64,000 bases of DNA from Azolla caroliniana (lineage: Eukaryota; Plantae; Polypodiophyta): positions 15,190,001-15,254,000 of the forward strand of contig JBHGNT010000008.1 in the NCBI GenBank assembly GCA_043228905.1. Direction: 5' to 3'. The notes under the pieces are model-generated. The model was not told the DNA's origin. It was given only the letters and a program-made list of their open reading frames with translations, and searched no databases. Positions 28,096-40,550 of the stretch are shown in pieces. A program made the translations under genes and the position numbers. The first letter of the stretch is position 1. Each line of letters begins with the position of its first letter.

Positions 28096-28491
28096 ATTGT
28101 ATTGTGCAAAAGAGGAAAGTGTACATAGAGATAGTCCAGATGGATGTAGCTCAATTGGTAAGGTTGCCCAATGGAGACCCAAGGGCTATGAGTTGAACCT
28201 TTACAATCAAGAGTGGCATGTAGTAAATTTAGACTCAAGAGATAAGTAGGGAGTAACAGAGAGGTAAGCAAATCGGGTATCGAACCTAAGACATAGTGCA
28301 CACTAATAATGGAGAGCAACAAAAAACAACAAGGGGGGGAGGAGTACATAATGTGTTTGCCATTTGGATTGGTTCGAAGAGAAGCTTTTGTTTTGCGGGG
28401 GTTTTGCCATGAGTCTTTATTTGATTTGCTTTGCTTGGAGTTTGGTAAGACATCAAAGATTTAGAAAGAAAACAAAAATCACCGAAAAAGT

Positions 28492-28547
<56 letters not shown>

Positions 28548-29209
28548 GTGTTCCAAAGATCTTCTAGATAGGGATGTATGTGTGTGTGTCTTATCTCTCT
28601 AGAAAGCACGAGGTCCTCAAAACTCCTCCTTTCTATACAGACACACACACACACCACATGCAGAGAGAGAGAGAGTTTGAATTGTATTGTGCAAAAGAGG
28701 AAAGTGTACATAGAGATAGTCCAGATGGATGTAGCTCAATTGGACAGGTTGCCCAATGGAGACCCAAGGGTTATGTGTTGAGCCCTTACAATCAAGAGTG
28801 GCATCTAGTAAATTTAGACTCAAGAGATATGTAAGAAGTAACAGAGAGGTAAGCAAATCAGGTTTCGAACCTAAGACATAGTGCACACTATAATAGTGGA
28901 GAGCAACAAAAAACAATAAGGGGGGGAGCAGGACATAATGCGTTTGCCATTTGGATTGGTTCGAAGAGAAGCTTTTTTTTTGTTTTGTTTTGAGGGGGTT
29001 TGCCATGAGTCTTGATTTAATTTGGTCAAAGATTTCGAAAGCAAACAAAATCACTGAAAAAGTGAACACAGAGAGAGAGAGAGAGAGAGAGAAACATGTT
29101 CCAAAGATCGTACACGTTGGGATGTATGTGTGTGTCCTATCTCTTTAAAAATCATGAGGTCCCCAAAACTCCTGCTTTCTATATATACAGACACACCCAC
29201 ACACCACAC

Positions 29210-29255
<46 letters not shown>

Positions 29256-30207
29256 TGCAACCAAACAAAGGAAGTGCACAATCTAAAATATATCGATTTT
29301 CAGAAAAATAAAGAATGCATGTGTAAAGTACATACATACATATAACATATATACTTGGTTTGCGATGTTCGTTGGTGTGTTGTGCTCATTTCTTCTTCTT
29401 CTTATTAAAACAAAACAAAACGAAAAAAATAAAAATGAAGAAGAAGATCACTTAAACACACATTAGCTTGCACATTTCTACCAAAAGAGAGAGGTAGTAA
29501 TGTGCTACCGAAGACATAACATCAACTAAAGCACCTCAAAACTGTGGCTCTTAAGAGTGTCAAAACCAAGCACAAACAAATGCGAGGTTGAGAAGGAAGG
29601 CAACAAACTCAGACATGATTGCTTAAAGTTGGAATATATTTCTTCGATGACAGGCAGAAAAATTGGAACATGTTTTTTCAATGGCAAGCTTATGCAAACT
29701 GTGTGTGTGTGTGTGTGTGTGTTTCGTTGACAAACGTCGGAAAAATATAGGGAGTTGGCACTATACTATGCAAAAGAGGAAAGTGTACATAGAGAGAGTT
29801 CGGATGGATGTAGCATTTAGTAAATTAAGACGGAAGAGATATCTATGGAGTAACAGAAAGGTAAGCAAATTGGGTTTCAAACCTAAGACATAGGGCACAC
29901 TAATATTGGAGAGCAACAAAAAACAGTAAGGGGTGGAGGAGGACGTAATGGGTTTGCCATTTGGATTGGTTTGAAGAGAAACTTTTTTTTGTTTTGTTTT
30001 GGGGGGGGGTTGCCATGAGTCTTGATTTGCTTTACTTTGCTTGGAATTTGCTAAGATGTCAAAGATTTTAAAAACAAACAAAAAACACCCAAAAATGGAA
30101 GAGAGAGAGAGAGAAAGAGAGATGCCCCCAAAATTCCTGCTTATCTCTCTAGAAATCACAAGGTCCCCAAAAATCCTGCTTTTTATACACACACACACAC
30201 CCCACAC

Positions 30208-30256
<49 letters not shown>

Positions 30257-30382
30257 CAAAGTGCAACCAAACAAAGTGCACAATCTAAAGTATATCAAAT
30301 TTCAGAGAAATAAAGAAAATAACAAAAACAAAAATGAAGAATAAGAAGAAAAAGAAGATCACTGAAACACACATTAGCTTGC
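25928..30382. repeat. Complex tandem repeat (~0.55-0.9-kb units) with (GA)n and (CA)n tracts; resumes at 40823-41616
   Basis: Blocks AAAAGAGGAAAGTGTACAT, GCCATTTGGATTGGTT and AAACACACATTAGC recur at about 27205, 28108, 28693, 29772 and 41075. Confidence 0.88.
26227..26713 (-). pseudogene. Truncated tandem duplicate of the OMT exon-1 5' part (with upstream region to ~27190)
   Basis: Near-identical to 25095-25581 at offset 1132. Own nonsense codon TGA at 26527-26525 (CGA in copy 1). Breaks off at a CATC microhomology. Confidence 0.93.
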
Positions 30383-30739
30383 GAATAAAAGTATGCGAGT
30401 GGAAACACTATTATAACTAATCAGCTAGTAAAATGGTCATAGCTATCTAGTTTTTTGTGGGCAAATCATAAGGGTCATTTATGAAATTTTATGCTTTATT
30501 AGTTAAATACATGTCATTTAATTTATGAGAATGCTCAAAATTTTGAACTTTGCGGCTTAGGCATAGAGGACAAAACTGCTACTCTATTGGTACCCTTATG
30601 ACCATGCCACGACACATACCATATCGTTTGTTTTCAATATGCCTGTCACATTGCTATAGTCTGTTTGGGGGATTGCAATATAGCTCTCCTAGATGAGTGA
30701 AGAAAACTTATAGGTAAAATTGTTGCTTGGCTCTATAGT

Positions 30740-33265
30740 GTAGTAGCTAATTAGTTACATCTTAGCTAATTAGCTAAGCCGTATAAATTGTGGTAGCTAC
30801 TTAGTTGTTATGGTTCAGTAGTGTAGTAGCTAATTAGCTACAACCTAGGTATTAGCTAATTAGCCAAGATGTAAATAATTAGCTACTGCAAATCTATGGT
30901 TTAATAGCTAATTAGCTACTGCAAATCTATAGTCTAACAACTAATTAGCTATAGTGTAGCTAATTAGCTAAGCAGTATCAAAAGTGGTAGTTAATTAGCT
31001 ACTGCCATAGTTAAGAAGAATAGCTAATTAGCTACTATCATAATTAAGTAGAAAAGCTAATTAGCTACAACATCCTATAGTATAGTAGCGAATTAGCTAC
31101 TACCACACTTAAGTAGAATAGCTAATTAGCTTCGATGTAGCTAATTAGCTACTGCCAATCTAGAGTCAACATCTAATTAGCTAGCAATATCAAGAGTGGT
31201 AGCTAATTAGCTACTGCCATAATTAAGAAGAATAACTAATTAGCTAAGTTGTAGCTAATTAGTTACTCCCAATCTATAGTCTATAAGCTAATTAGCTAAG
31301 ATGTAGCTAATTAGGTAAACAATATCAAGAACGGTAGCTAATTAGCTCCTACCATACTTAACTAGCTAATTAGCTAAGATACAATAGCTAATTAGCTACT
31401 GAAGCCATAGTTAAGAAGAATAGCTAATTAGCTATTAAAGCCATAGTTAAGAAGAATAGCTAATTAGCTACTATCATAATTAACTAGAAAAGCTAATTAG
31501 CTACAACATCCTATAGTATAACAACGAATTAGCTACAATGTAGCTAATTAGCTAAGTGGTAGCTAATTAGCTACTACTACACTTAAGGAGAATAGCTAAT
31601 TAGCTACTGCCAATCTAGAGTGAACAACTAATTAGTTAGCAGTATCAAGAGTGGTAGCTAATTTGCTACTACCATAGTTAAGAAGAATAGCTAATTAGCT
31701 AAGTTGTAGCTAATTAGTTACTCCCAATCTATAGTCTATAAGCTAATTAGCTAAACAATATCAAGAATGGTAGCTAATTAGCTCCTACCATACTTAACTA
31801 GCTAATTAGCTAAGATACAATAGCTAATTAGCTACTACAGCCTATACTGTAGCAACTAATTAGCTACAATGTATTGAATTAGCTAAGTGGTAGCTAATTA
31901 GCTCCTACCATACTTAACTAGCTAATTAGCTAAGATACAATAGCTAATTAGCTACTACAGCCTATACTGTAGCAACTAATTAGCTACAATGTATTGAATT
32001 AGCTAAGTGATAGCTAATTAGGTATTGCCATAGTTAGGAAGAATAGCTAATTAGCTAAGATGTAGCAAATTAGCTAAGTGGTACCTAATTAGGTACTGCC
32101 AACCTATAGTCTAGTAGCTAATTAGCTAAGAAGTATCAAGAGTGGTAGCTAATTAGCTATTTCCATAGTTAGGAAAAATAGCTAATTAGCTAAGTGGTAG
32201 CTAATTAGCTACTGCCAACCTATAGTCTAGCAGCTAATTAGCTAAGATGTAGCCAATTAGTTAAGTGGTAGCTAATTAGCTACTACCAACCTATAGTCTA
32301 GTAACTAATTAGCTAAGATGTAGCTAATTAGCTAAGTGGTAGCTAATTAGCTATTGCCAACCTATCGTCTAGCAACTAATTAGCTAAGATATAACTAATT
32401 AGGTAAGTGGTAACTATTTAGCTACTACCAGTCTATAGTTTAGCAGCTAATTAGGTAAACAATATCAAGAGTGGTAGCTAATTAGTTACTACTATAGTTG
32501 GAAGAATAGCTAATTAGCTAAGTTGCAGCTAACTAGCTAAGTGGTAGCTAATTAGCTACTGCCAGCCTATAGTCTCGCAGCTAATTAGCTACTGCCATAG
32601 CTGGAAGAATAGCTAATTAGCTAAGATGTCGCTAACTAGCTAAGTAGTAGCTAATTAGCTACTGTCAACCTATAGTCTAGCAACTAATTAGCTAAGATGT
32701 ACCTAATTAGCTAAGTGGTAGCTAATTAGCTACTCCGAGCCTATAAACTAGTGACTAATTAGCTAAACAGTATCAAGAGTGGTAGCTAATTAGCTACTAC
32801 CATAGTTGGAAGAATAACTAATTAGCTAAGTTGTAGTTAACTAGCTAAGTGGTAACTAATTAGCTACTACCAACCTATACTCTAGCAGGTAATTAGCTAC
32901 TACCATAGTTGGAAGAATAACTAATTAGCTAAGTTGTCGCTAACTAGCTAAGTGGTAGCTAATTAACTACTGCCAATTAGCTATGACGTAGGTAATTAGC
33001 TAAGTGGTAGCTAATTAGCTACTTCCAACTTATAGTCTAACAGCTAATTAGTTATGAAGTAGCTAATTAGTTAAGCATTATCAAGAGTGATAGGTAATTA
33101 ACTACTACCATAGTTAAGAACAATAACTATTTAGCTAAGATGTAGCAGTATCGAGGAGTATCAAGAGTGGACGCTAATTACCTACCATGTAGCTAATTAG
33201 CTACCATGTTTAGAATTCAACTAAGGTCATAGAAAAACACAAGAGAAGCCACTAATTAGCTGACA
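30740..33265. repeat. Array 1 of palindrome TAGCTAATTAGCTA with short recurring spacers
   Basis: Roughly 100 copies (estimated, not counted). Spacers include AGATG, AGTGG, CTGCCATAGTTAAGAAGAA and AACAGTATCAAGAGTGG. An exact 120-bp higher-order repeat lies near 31780-32010. Confidence 0.95.
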
Positions 33266-33293
33266 TGTTGTAGAATCTCGTGGATTAAGGAGG

Positions 33294-34900
33294 TTGCATG
33301 AGGTGTCTGGTGCCGATGACGCCATAACTGATGAGGAGATAGTTGGCAACGTGGTTGAAAGTAAGAGTCCTGCTATCACATCTCCTTCAGATCAACTCCA
33401 CCCTATTCTTTTGGAAGATTGTTCTGAATTAGGCAACGTTGTGAAAAGCCATGAAATATTGGAAACAATATGTAAATATGAGGTTCATAACAACACTGTT
33501 TTTGAACACTTGATGCAACATTTCTTTGAATCACAAAACCTTGATTCAAGCCCACTGAGCCCAATTGCTGATGACGTCCCACCAGATCCCACTATACTTG
33601 AAAAGCTATCGCAAGACACAGCTAATGTGCAAGCCGTTGTTGAGGCAATGGAAATGTTGTTGGAGGAGGACACACTTGCGCAATGGATGAAAGAAGCAAG
33701 GCTAAATGGACAACCGACTAGAAAAAGGCTGAAGAAGGGGCCACAATCGGGGGCAAGACCAGTTACTCAATCAAGGGGCTCTTGAATTTGAGCTAATTAC
33801 TACCAATTAGTGATTAGTGGGATATGATTGTTAGCTATTTTCCTAGAAAATTATGAAGATGCCCTATGGTCTATTTGAACAAGTAGCACCTCATATTGGT
33901 TGTTGATTGATCCACATTATGTAATGGAACTCTATGATGGATATTAAGGTAATATTATTATTTTGTTGCAGAACATTTCATGTTCATTATGTTGTTTTGT
34001 GACACTGTTAGCCACTTTGTGAATGTGAATATGTTGGTGTTTTCTGATGTTGCAGAGTCTAAAGGGTTTGAATCTATTGCTCCTAAGGCCGATGGTAGTG
34101 TGGAAACTGTTGATGTTGTTGCATGTTTAGATGATCTAATTTTGCAGGTAGATGGAGCATGTGATACGAGTGGGCTGATATCGACTAGAGAAGTATCTAC
34201 ATGCGACACGGTCGATTATACAAGAACAAAATAGTGTGAAGCCAGACCTAATGACTACACAAGAGCAAAACAAGGTGAAGCCAAACCCAAAGACACAGTC
34301 GACCAGGGATTTGAAGAGGAAAAGGACACCAATTGTGTTGACAGAACCCGAGTTGTTCGAAATTGATTGTGTGCTACTAATACTTGGGGTAAGAGAGGCT
34401 CAGTTGTAGGAATGGAAACCTAAACAATTAGAAGATGAAAGAAGAGTCTTGATCTTGGAGCTTGATAAAGTCCTGATGAGTGTGCGATATATGACACCAA
34501 GGAGGGCCGCGAATCAATTTCTAGAGTGGGTTGTGCAATACTTTGATTTTTTTATTTGGAGTGAAAAACCACGTTCATATGTTTGGAAGTGTGTAGAAAA
34601 ATTCTTTCTAAAGTGACGACAACACTTCAAGGGTCAATGGACACGAGAAAGATGTGAGCAGTAGGATATTGCAAGATTCAAAAGACTTTTTGATTTTTGG
34701 GATATACCTTGCCCGAATAAAATGCCGACAATACATTGATTGTGGATACAGAACATTTCCGGCATTACTACAACCTTCGCAGATGCTGTCTCATTGTACC
34801 TGATGAAATGCCTAATAACTACTTGGTGAAAACATTGAGCTGCCAATTAACTGCATGGTTATGGACACTATATTGAGCTTGGTATGCAAATCACATATGT
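33294..34900 (+). pseudogene. Decayed accessory gene: acidic N-terminal ORF plus FCP1/NIF (HAD-fold) phosphatase-like domain
   Basis: ORF 33294-33785. From 34443: RVLILELDKVLMSV...PRRAANQFLEWVVQYFDFFIWS...YV...WTRERC...FKRLFDFW, then after a frameshift NTLIVDT...N...CLIVP. This follows the FCP1-homology motif order. Joining the segments into one gene is inference. Confidence 0.6.
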
Positions 34901-35389
34901 AGAGAAGTTCCACTGACCACCAAGAGCTTAGCTATTTATAGGCACTTTGTAGACATTGCCAATGGTGTATTATAAATATGTAATTTGATGACTGATTAAT
35001 CAATGAAGAATTAAATCGCTTGTTTTAAGTAAATTATCTAGTAACTATGTAATTTTAAAATAGGTCATAATTTGATTTATGTTTTCATGTTGCTGTTTGT
35101 TCTCAAAATGGCAAATTGTTTGAACTTGTACATGGTTCACTTGAGAGTAAAAAAACCATTGCCAAAATATATTCCATGCAGTATAATCGTCATTATGCAC
35201 ATTGAACAGACACTAAAACTCAAAGTGGCAATAAGTAAAACTGATTGTAATCAATACACATTTAACAAACAGAATTTTATTAAGAAACATAAACAAAAAA
35301 AAACTCCCAAACAATTTAATTAAACTGTTTTTTTGCAATACAACTACTTTGTCCACTTTACAAGAAAACTGGTATGATCTCCTTGTAGC

Positions 35390-35893
35390 TGTTAGGAAAC
35401 AGGTCCCTCCGAATGGGAAGTGAGAAGAACCGTGTTGATAAGCAACTCGGCCGAGGCCAAAACCGGAAATCGTGGAGATAGCCAACACAGAAGGCTAAAC
35501 TTGTAAATAGTCGAAAGGTTACATTAGTATGTAAGTACTTAGGGCAATCATGTTAGATAAGTGCATTATTGTAAAAGCTACCGACGACGAGGTCACTGCC
35601 TTTGTAACTGTGAGAGAAAACGAGTGGGAGTGAAAGCGTGTGAGCTCCATAGCCACCTGTTGGCGAAGCAAGATCTCGAGGTCGTTGCCTCTAAGATCTC
35701 TGATTGTATTCCTTTCTCTCATAGTGTTCTGTTTTGGAGTTTGTGGACTCCACGTGGTTTTTTTCCCAGTTCGGGTTTCCACATTAAAATCTGTGTCATT
35801 CTCAGTTTCTATATTCTATTTTTCCTTTCCATTAGATTGACTATTATTCCGCACACGTACAACCAGTTGTGGCCGGCAACAATTTTAACTTCA
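35390..35893 (+). mobile_element. Copia solo LTR inside the DNA transposon
   Basis: TGTTAGGAAAC...CTTCA with TSD GTAGC (35385-35389 and 35894-35898). Contains the GGTTTTTTCCC...GGGTTTCCAC block shared with the other copia LTRs. Confidence 0.88.
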
Positions 35894-35899
35894 GTAGCT

Positions 35900-38800
35900 A
35901 CAAATTCAATGGCATACTTTTGTAAATACATTCATACACATTAGCACTAACTGTGTATAAATCTGAGCAACTATTGTATTGCAACATCGGGACGTTGATG
36001 CACCTCACCAAATGAGACTACATGTACTCTACTGATTTGTCTTCTAAAAGCCTATACACATAATCATAATAATCTAGTCTTGCATAAAAAATACCTTTGA
36101 TGTAGAATGTCCCGACATATACAAAATTTCCCCAATCATCTACAATATTCTGTGTTGCACATTGTTTACGAACCATGCACTTCAATATATAGAAATCAAC
36201 ACCCTCTGATTTGTCTTCTTCTACATTTACAACGAAATTATTCCCAACGTTTATGACATCACTCAGAGTATCTCCACAACCTTGATATGTGAAGTCAACA
36301 TTGTTTTCTGTTTTTCCATCCGCTCGGTCCTTATCATTCTATGTATGGTACTCCCAATTCTGAATATATGCTTTGTTTAATCAATACCTCCAATTTCCCT
36401 GCACACAACGGAAGCAAAAACAAGTTAATTCTCTAACCGCAATACAATGACCATCCAACCTAGAATAACCCCAAACAACATGGAGAGATCACAATTTGGG
36501 AATTCCTTGGCACTCCCAGGTCTTCTCCCTATTTACTTCATCTATCTTCACTTCCCAAAATTCACGTTTGATATCTTAGACTTGAGAGGAATAAACACTA
36601 GTTGCACTCGTCCCTGCTCCATCATGTTCACCTTTACCATGGCCAGACCCAAAAAGATTCCATCTCATCTCCAAACCTGTTACAGAAGGATACCTCCCAA
36701 CAAAATAAAATGGACATCTAGCCTTTCGTTTATGACGTAGCTCCATTAGACTAGACCCAATATTGAGTAAGCTCCAAACGTTGACATAATAACCATTGCC
36801 AATGTAACTTAAAACAATGTTGGACAAACAAGGTATCATGCTTCTAATCATCAGAAATAAAAAAATGAATTACTTTCTTAACATCATCTGAAACTCGAAA
36901 ATATGTTATGTGCATTGAACACCAACGCATGGATTGAATTTTATTATGCTGCTTGAAAGTATAATTCTCTACGAAATCTCCTACTGAGTCTACTACATCA
37001 TTTGGAAAATCATATTTGCAAGTCTTAAACTGATGGGCTTGCCATGAATAAATGAAGTTGTGTTTAATGAACTTTCCTAGAGATACTATAAATAAAGAAA
37101 CCAAATCCCTTGGTTTAAGTGACTTCCTAACTAGATCCTTTATTTTACACACCTTTCCTTCAAAATTGGTGTCCATAGACTCAAAAACTTGATAGAGATT
37201 AATGTTTCACAACTCAACTCTTTTGGACACCACCTAAATCTACGAGGACCACAATCTTGACATAAACCCATACGACACATTTATGATTGTGGAAGATAGC
37301 CTCAGATTCTCTCAAACACAATACTGAATCTAAAAGACCACTCATGGAAGAGATAACATGCACTATGATTTACAGTGCTCTTGCAGGCTAGATCCACCAA
37401 TTGGCCATTCTCAAGTGCAGACTACATCGTCTAGGGAGGAGCTATTGTGACGTAGTAGATTAACAGATTCCTTGAGAAAACCCATTTGTACATGGTAAAT
37501 GCAACACCAGAGTATTGATCCTTTAAGCGTCTCACAAAGTGTGGCTTAAGAGACTCGAATGTTCGTAGTTGAACTTTGATATTTGGATGCATTCGCTTGA
37601 ACCTAATAAATAAATCAACTTTCGTAATAAAAAGGGAGTCCGGTGAGTATAAAAAATGTGCCCTAATGTAGCTAGTTAGATATAGCTAATTAGCTATTGA
37701 CTATAGCTAATGAGCTACCTCAATAGCTAGCTCTTGACATAGCTCATTAGCTATTGCCAGTAGCCAATTAGCTATTAAGAGTAGCTAATTAGATACTGAC
37801 TGTAGGTAATTAGCTATTAAGAGTAGGTAATTAGCCATTGACTATAGTTAATTAGCTATTAAGAGTAGCTAATTTACAATTGACAATAGCTAATTAGCTA
37901 ATGACATAGCTAGTTAGTTATTGCCAGTAACTAAATAGCTATTGACAATATCTAATTAGCTACCTTAATAATTAGCTAATTAGCTGATAAGTGCTAAGTT
38001 TACTATTGGCAATAGTTAAATAGTTCTTAACAGTAGCTACTTAGTTATGGTTATATTCTGAGGTAGTTAATTAGCTGATAATAACTTAGTTTAGTATTGG
38101 CAATAACTATTTATCTATTACCATTAGCTAGTTAGCTATGGTCATATTCTAAGATAGCTAATTAGCTATTGTGGTAGCTAATTAGTTGCTACACCAGTAA
38201 CTAGTTAGCTATGATCATATTCTGAGGTAGCTAATTAAATACCACAATAGCTAATTAGCTATCTCAAAATATGACCATAGCTAATTAGCTACCACAATAG
38301 CTAATTAGCTACCTTAGAATATGACCATAGCTAATTAGCTACCACAATAGCTAATTAGCTACCTCAGAATATGACCATAGCTAACTCGCTAATGGTAATA
38401 ACTAAATATCTATTGCCAATACTAAACTAAGCTATTATTAGCTAATTCGCTAGTTAGCTATGGTCATATTCTGAGTTAGCTAATTAGCTATTGTGGTAGC
38501 TAATTAGCTGATAATAGCTTAGTTTAGTAATGGCAATAACTATTGAGCTATTACCATTAGCTAGTTAGCTATGGTCATATTCTGAGGTAGCTAATTAGCT
38601 ATTGTGGTAGCTAATTAGCTATGGTCATATTCTGAGATAGCTATTTAGCTATTGTGGTAGCTAATTAACTGCTACACTAGTAACTAGGTAGCTATGCTCA
38701 TATTCTGAGGTAGCTAATTAGCTATTGCGGTAGCTAATTAGCTGATAATAGCTAAGTTTAGTATTGGCAATAACTATTTAGCTATTACCAGTAGCTAGTT

Positions 38801-39400
38801 AGCTATGATCATATTTTTAGGTAGCTAATTAGCTATGGTCATATTCTGAGTTAGCTAATTAGCTATTGTGGTAACTAACTAGGTGATAATAGCTAAGTTA
38901 GGTATTGTCAATCGCTATTTAGCTATTACCAGTAGCTAGTTAGCTATGGTCATATTCTGAGGTAGCTAATTAGCTACTGGTAATAGCTTAATAGATATGG
39001 TTATACTCTGAGATAGCTAATTAGTTGATAATAGTTAAGTTTGCTATTGTCAATCGCTATTGAGCTATTACCAGTAGCTAGTTAGCTATGATCATATTCT
39101 AAGATAGCTAATTAGCTAACTAACTAAGCGTAAAAATCAAAACAAAAGTTGACATAAATGTAAATACCTAAGGTACATCAAGAAGATGAATGGGATATTC
39201 CTCGTATTGACTCGTTCCAACACGTTTCCTACATAAATCCTTCTTATTAGGTGAAATCCTACTCTCATTAGTCCAAAATATGGTGATTATATCCTTGATT
39301 TTTGATGTTATGGGTGTCATTGGCTTACATCTTGTTGTTAGCTTTAGCAAACTAATTCCTTCACCACTTGAAATTATTTGGTTCATTGTATTGTACACAA
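35900..39400 (-). pseudogene. Sola2-like DDD transposase, decayed, with the second palindrome array in a putative intron
   Basis: Ordered motifs SRISPNKKD, FESLKPHFV, CCIYHVQM, HNFIYSWQ, DFVENY...IQSMRW, ISDD..HD, WV*SNG, WNLFGSGHGKGEHDGAG and RELTCFCFRC. Family assignment is from recalled motifs and needs an HMM check. Confidence 0.75.
37665..39125. repeat. Array 2 of palindrome TAGCTAATTAGCTA with a different spacer set and an internal inversion
   Basis: Spacers TTAAGAG, TTGTGG and TGGTCATATTCTGAGG. Segment ~38240-38450 carries the reverse-complement spacers CCACAA and CCTCAGAATATGACCA. Confidence 0.93.
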
Positions 39401-40119
39401 TTTTTCTACTAACACCAATTAGCTTAGACTAGACCTTTTTAAGACAAGATCATCTTTTGACCTGCTCATGGATACGAAACTATTATAGAGATTATTTACT
39501 AGTATAGATGTTATGTTTGCATTAAGATCGTCACAATCAACAAACTCCTTTATCGCTGGATCATTTAATATTCCGTAAAGTACTACCTTCTTGTCTTCAT
39601 TGCTGATGTGCTTGGTCTGAACATTGAAATAGTCTACAACCTATCTCTCTATGATAGTAGTCTCATTACTTCCATTCTCAGTGGTATTTAGACCTATATC
39701 GCAACCAATGCTATGCTTACTTTTAGTGAATGTGGCGTTTGTATCCTTCAACAATGGACAATGTTTCCTTTTTTTTTATGCCCAATACTTTCGTATCGCT
39801 TGTTGTAACCTGATAGCGTCATCCCTATCCTGGTGATCCACGAGAGGTATTGGTAAACACCCTCCTTCCCCTTTCATTTGTCTTGACATATTCATTAGTA
39901 AATTTCCACAACCAAAAGACACGTAGCTAGTTACTAAACAACTTGCAAACCAGTTATTCATAGGAGCGATCCCACCGTTGGTAAGTTTATTTTTGTTGCA
40001 GCGGAGTAATAGCTACTCAACTACCATCGGGAACGAGCTAAGATGACTATGGGCAACAACAATACACAAAATTATTCCGCAATACATAGGATAATCAACA
40101 AACGGAATAATTATTGCAA

Positions 40120-40550
40120 TCCAGGGTTGAACAGTGGCGGCGATCTAGGACCGAACAGTGGCAGCAACTGACTATAGAATGGCGGCAGTGGAGGAGTAAA
40201 ATCCGTCGGATCGAACAATGACAGATGATGCTTGGAATGCACAGTGGCGGAAACTGAGTGTAGAATGGTGGCAATGGAGGAGTGAACTCCGTTGGATCGA
40301 ATAGTGGCAACAATCCACGACCGAATAGTAGCGGCAACTGAGTGTAGAATGGCGGCAATGGAGGAGTGAACTCAATAGGAGCGAACAATCGCAGATGATG
40401 CTTGGACCGAACGGTAGCGAGAACTGAGTGTAGAATGGCAGTGATGGAGGAGTGAGCTTCGTTGGATCAAACAATGGCAAATGATGCTTGGATTGCACAA
40501 TGGCGGCAACTGAGTGTATAATAGCGGCAATGGAGGAGTGGACTCAATAG
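40120..40550. repeat. About five ~80-90-bp tandem units near the right end of the DNA transposon
   Basis: ACTGAGTGTAGAATGGCGGCAATGGAGGAGTGAACTC recurs at about 40167, 40253, 40336, 40423 and 40509. Minus-strand reading gives a repeated FTPPLPPFYTQ peptide. Confidence 0.85.

Noticed and set aside
27290-30270. Numerous 65-180 aa ORFs in the tandem repeat
   Set aside because: They are low-complexity SLSL/ERER readings of (GA)n microsatellites with no conserved frame between units.
30740-33265. CRISPR array (palindromic repeat plus spacers)
   Set aside because: The repeat is only 14 bp, spacers are 5-20 nt and recur many times, there are no cas genes, and the context is a eukaryotic transposon.
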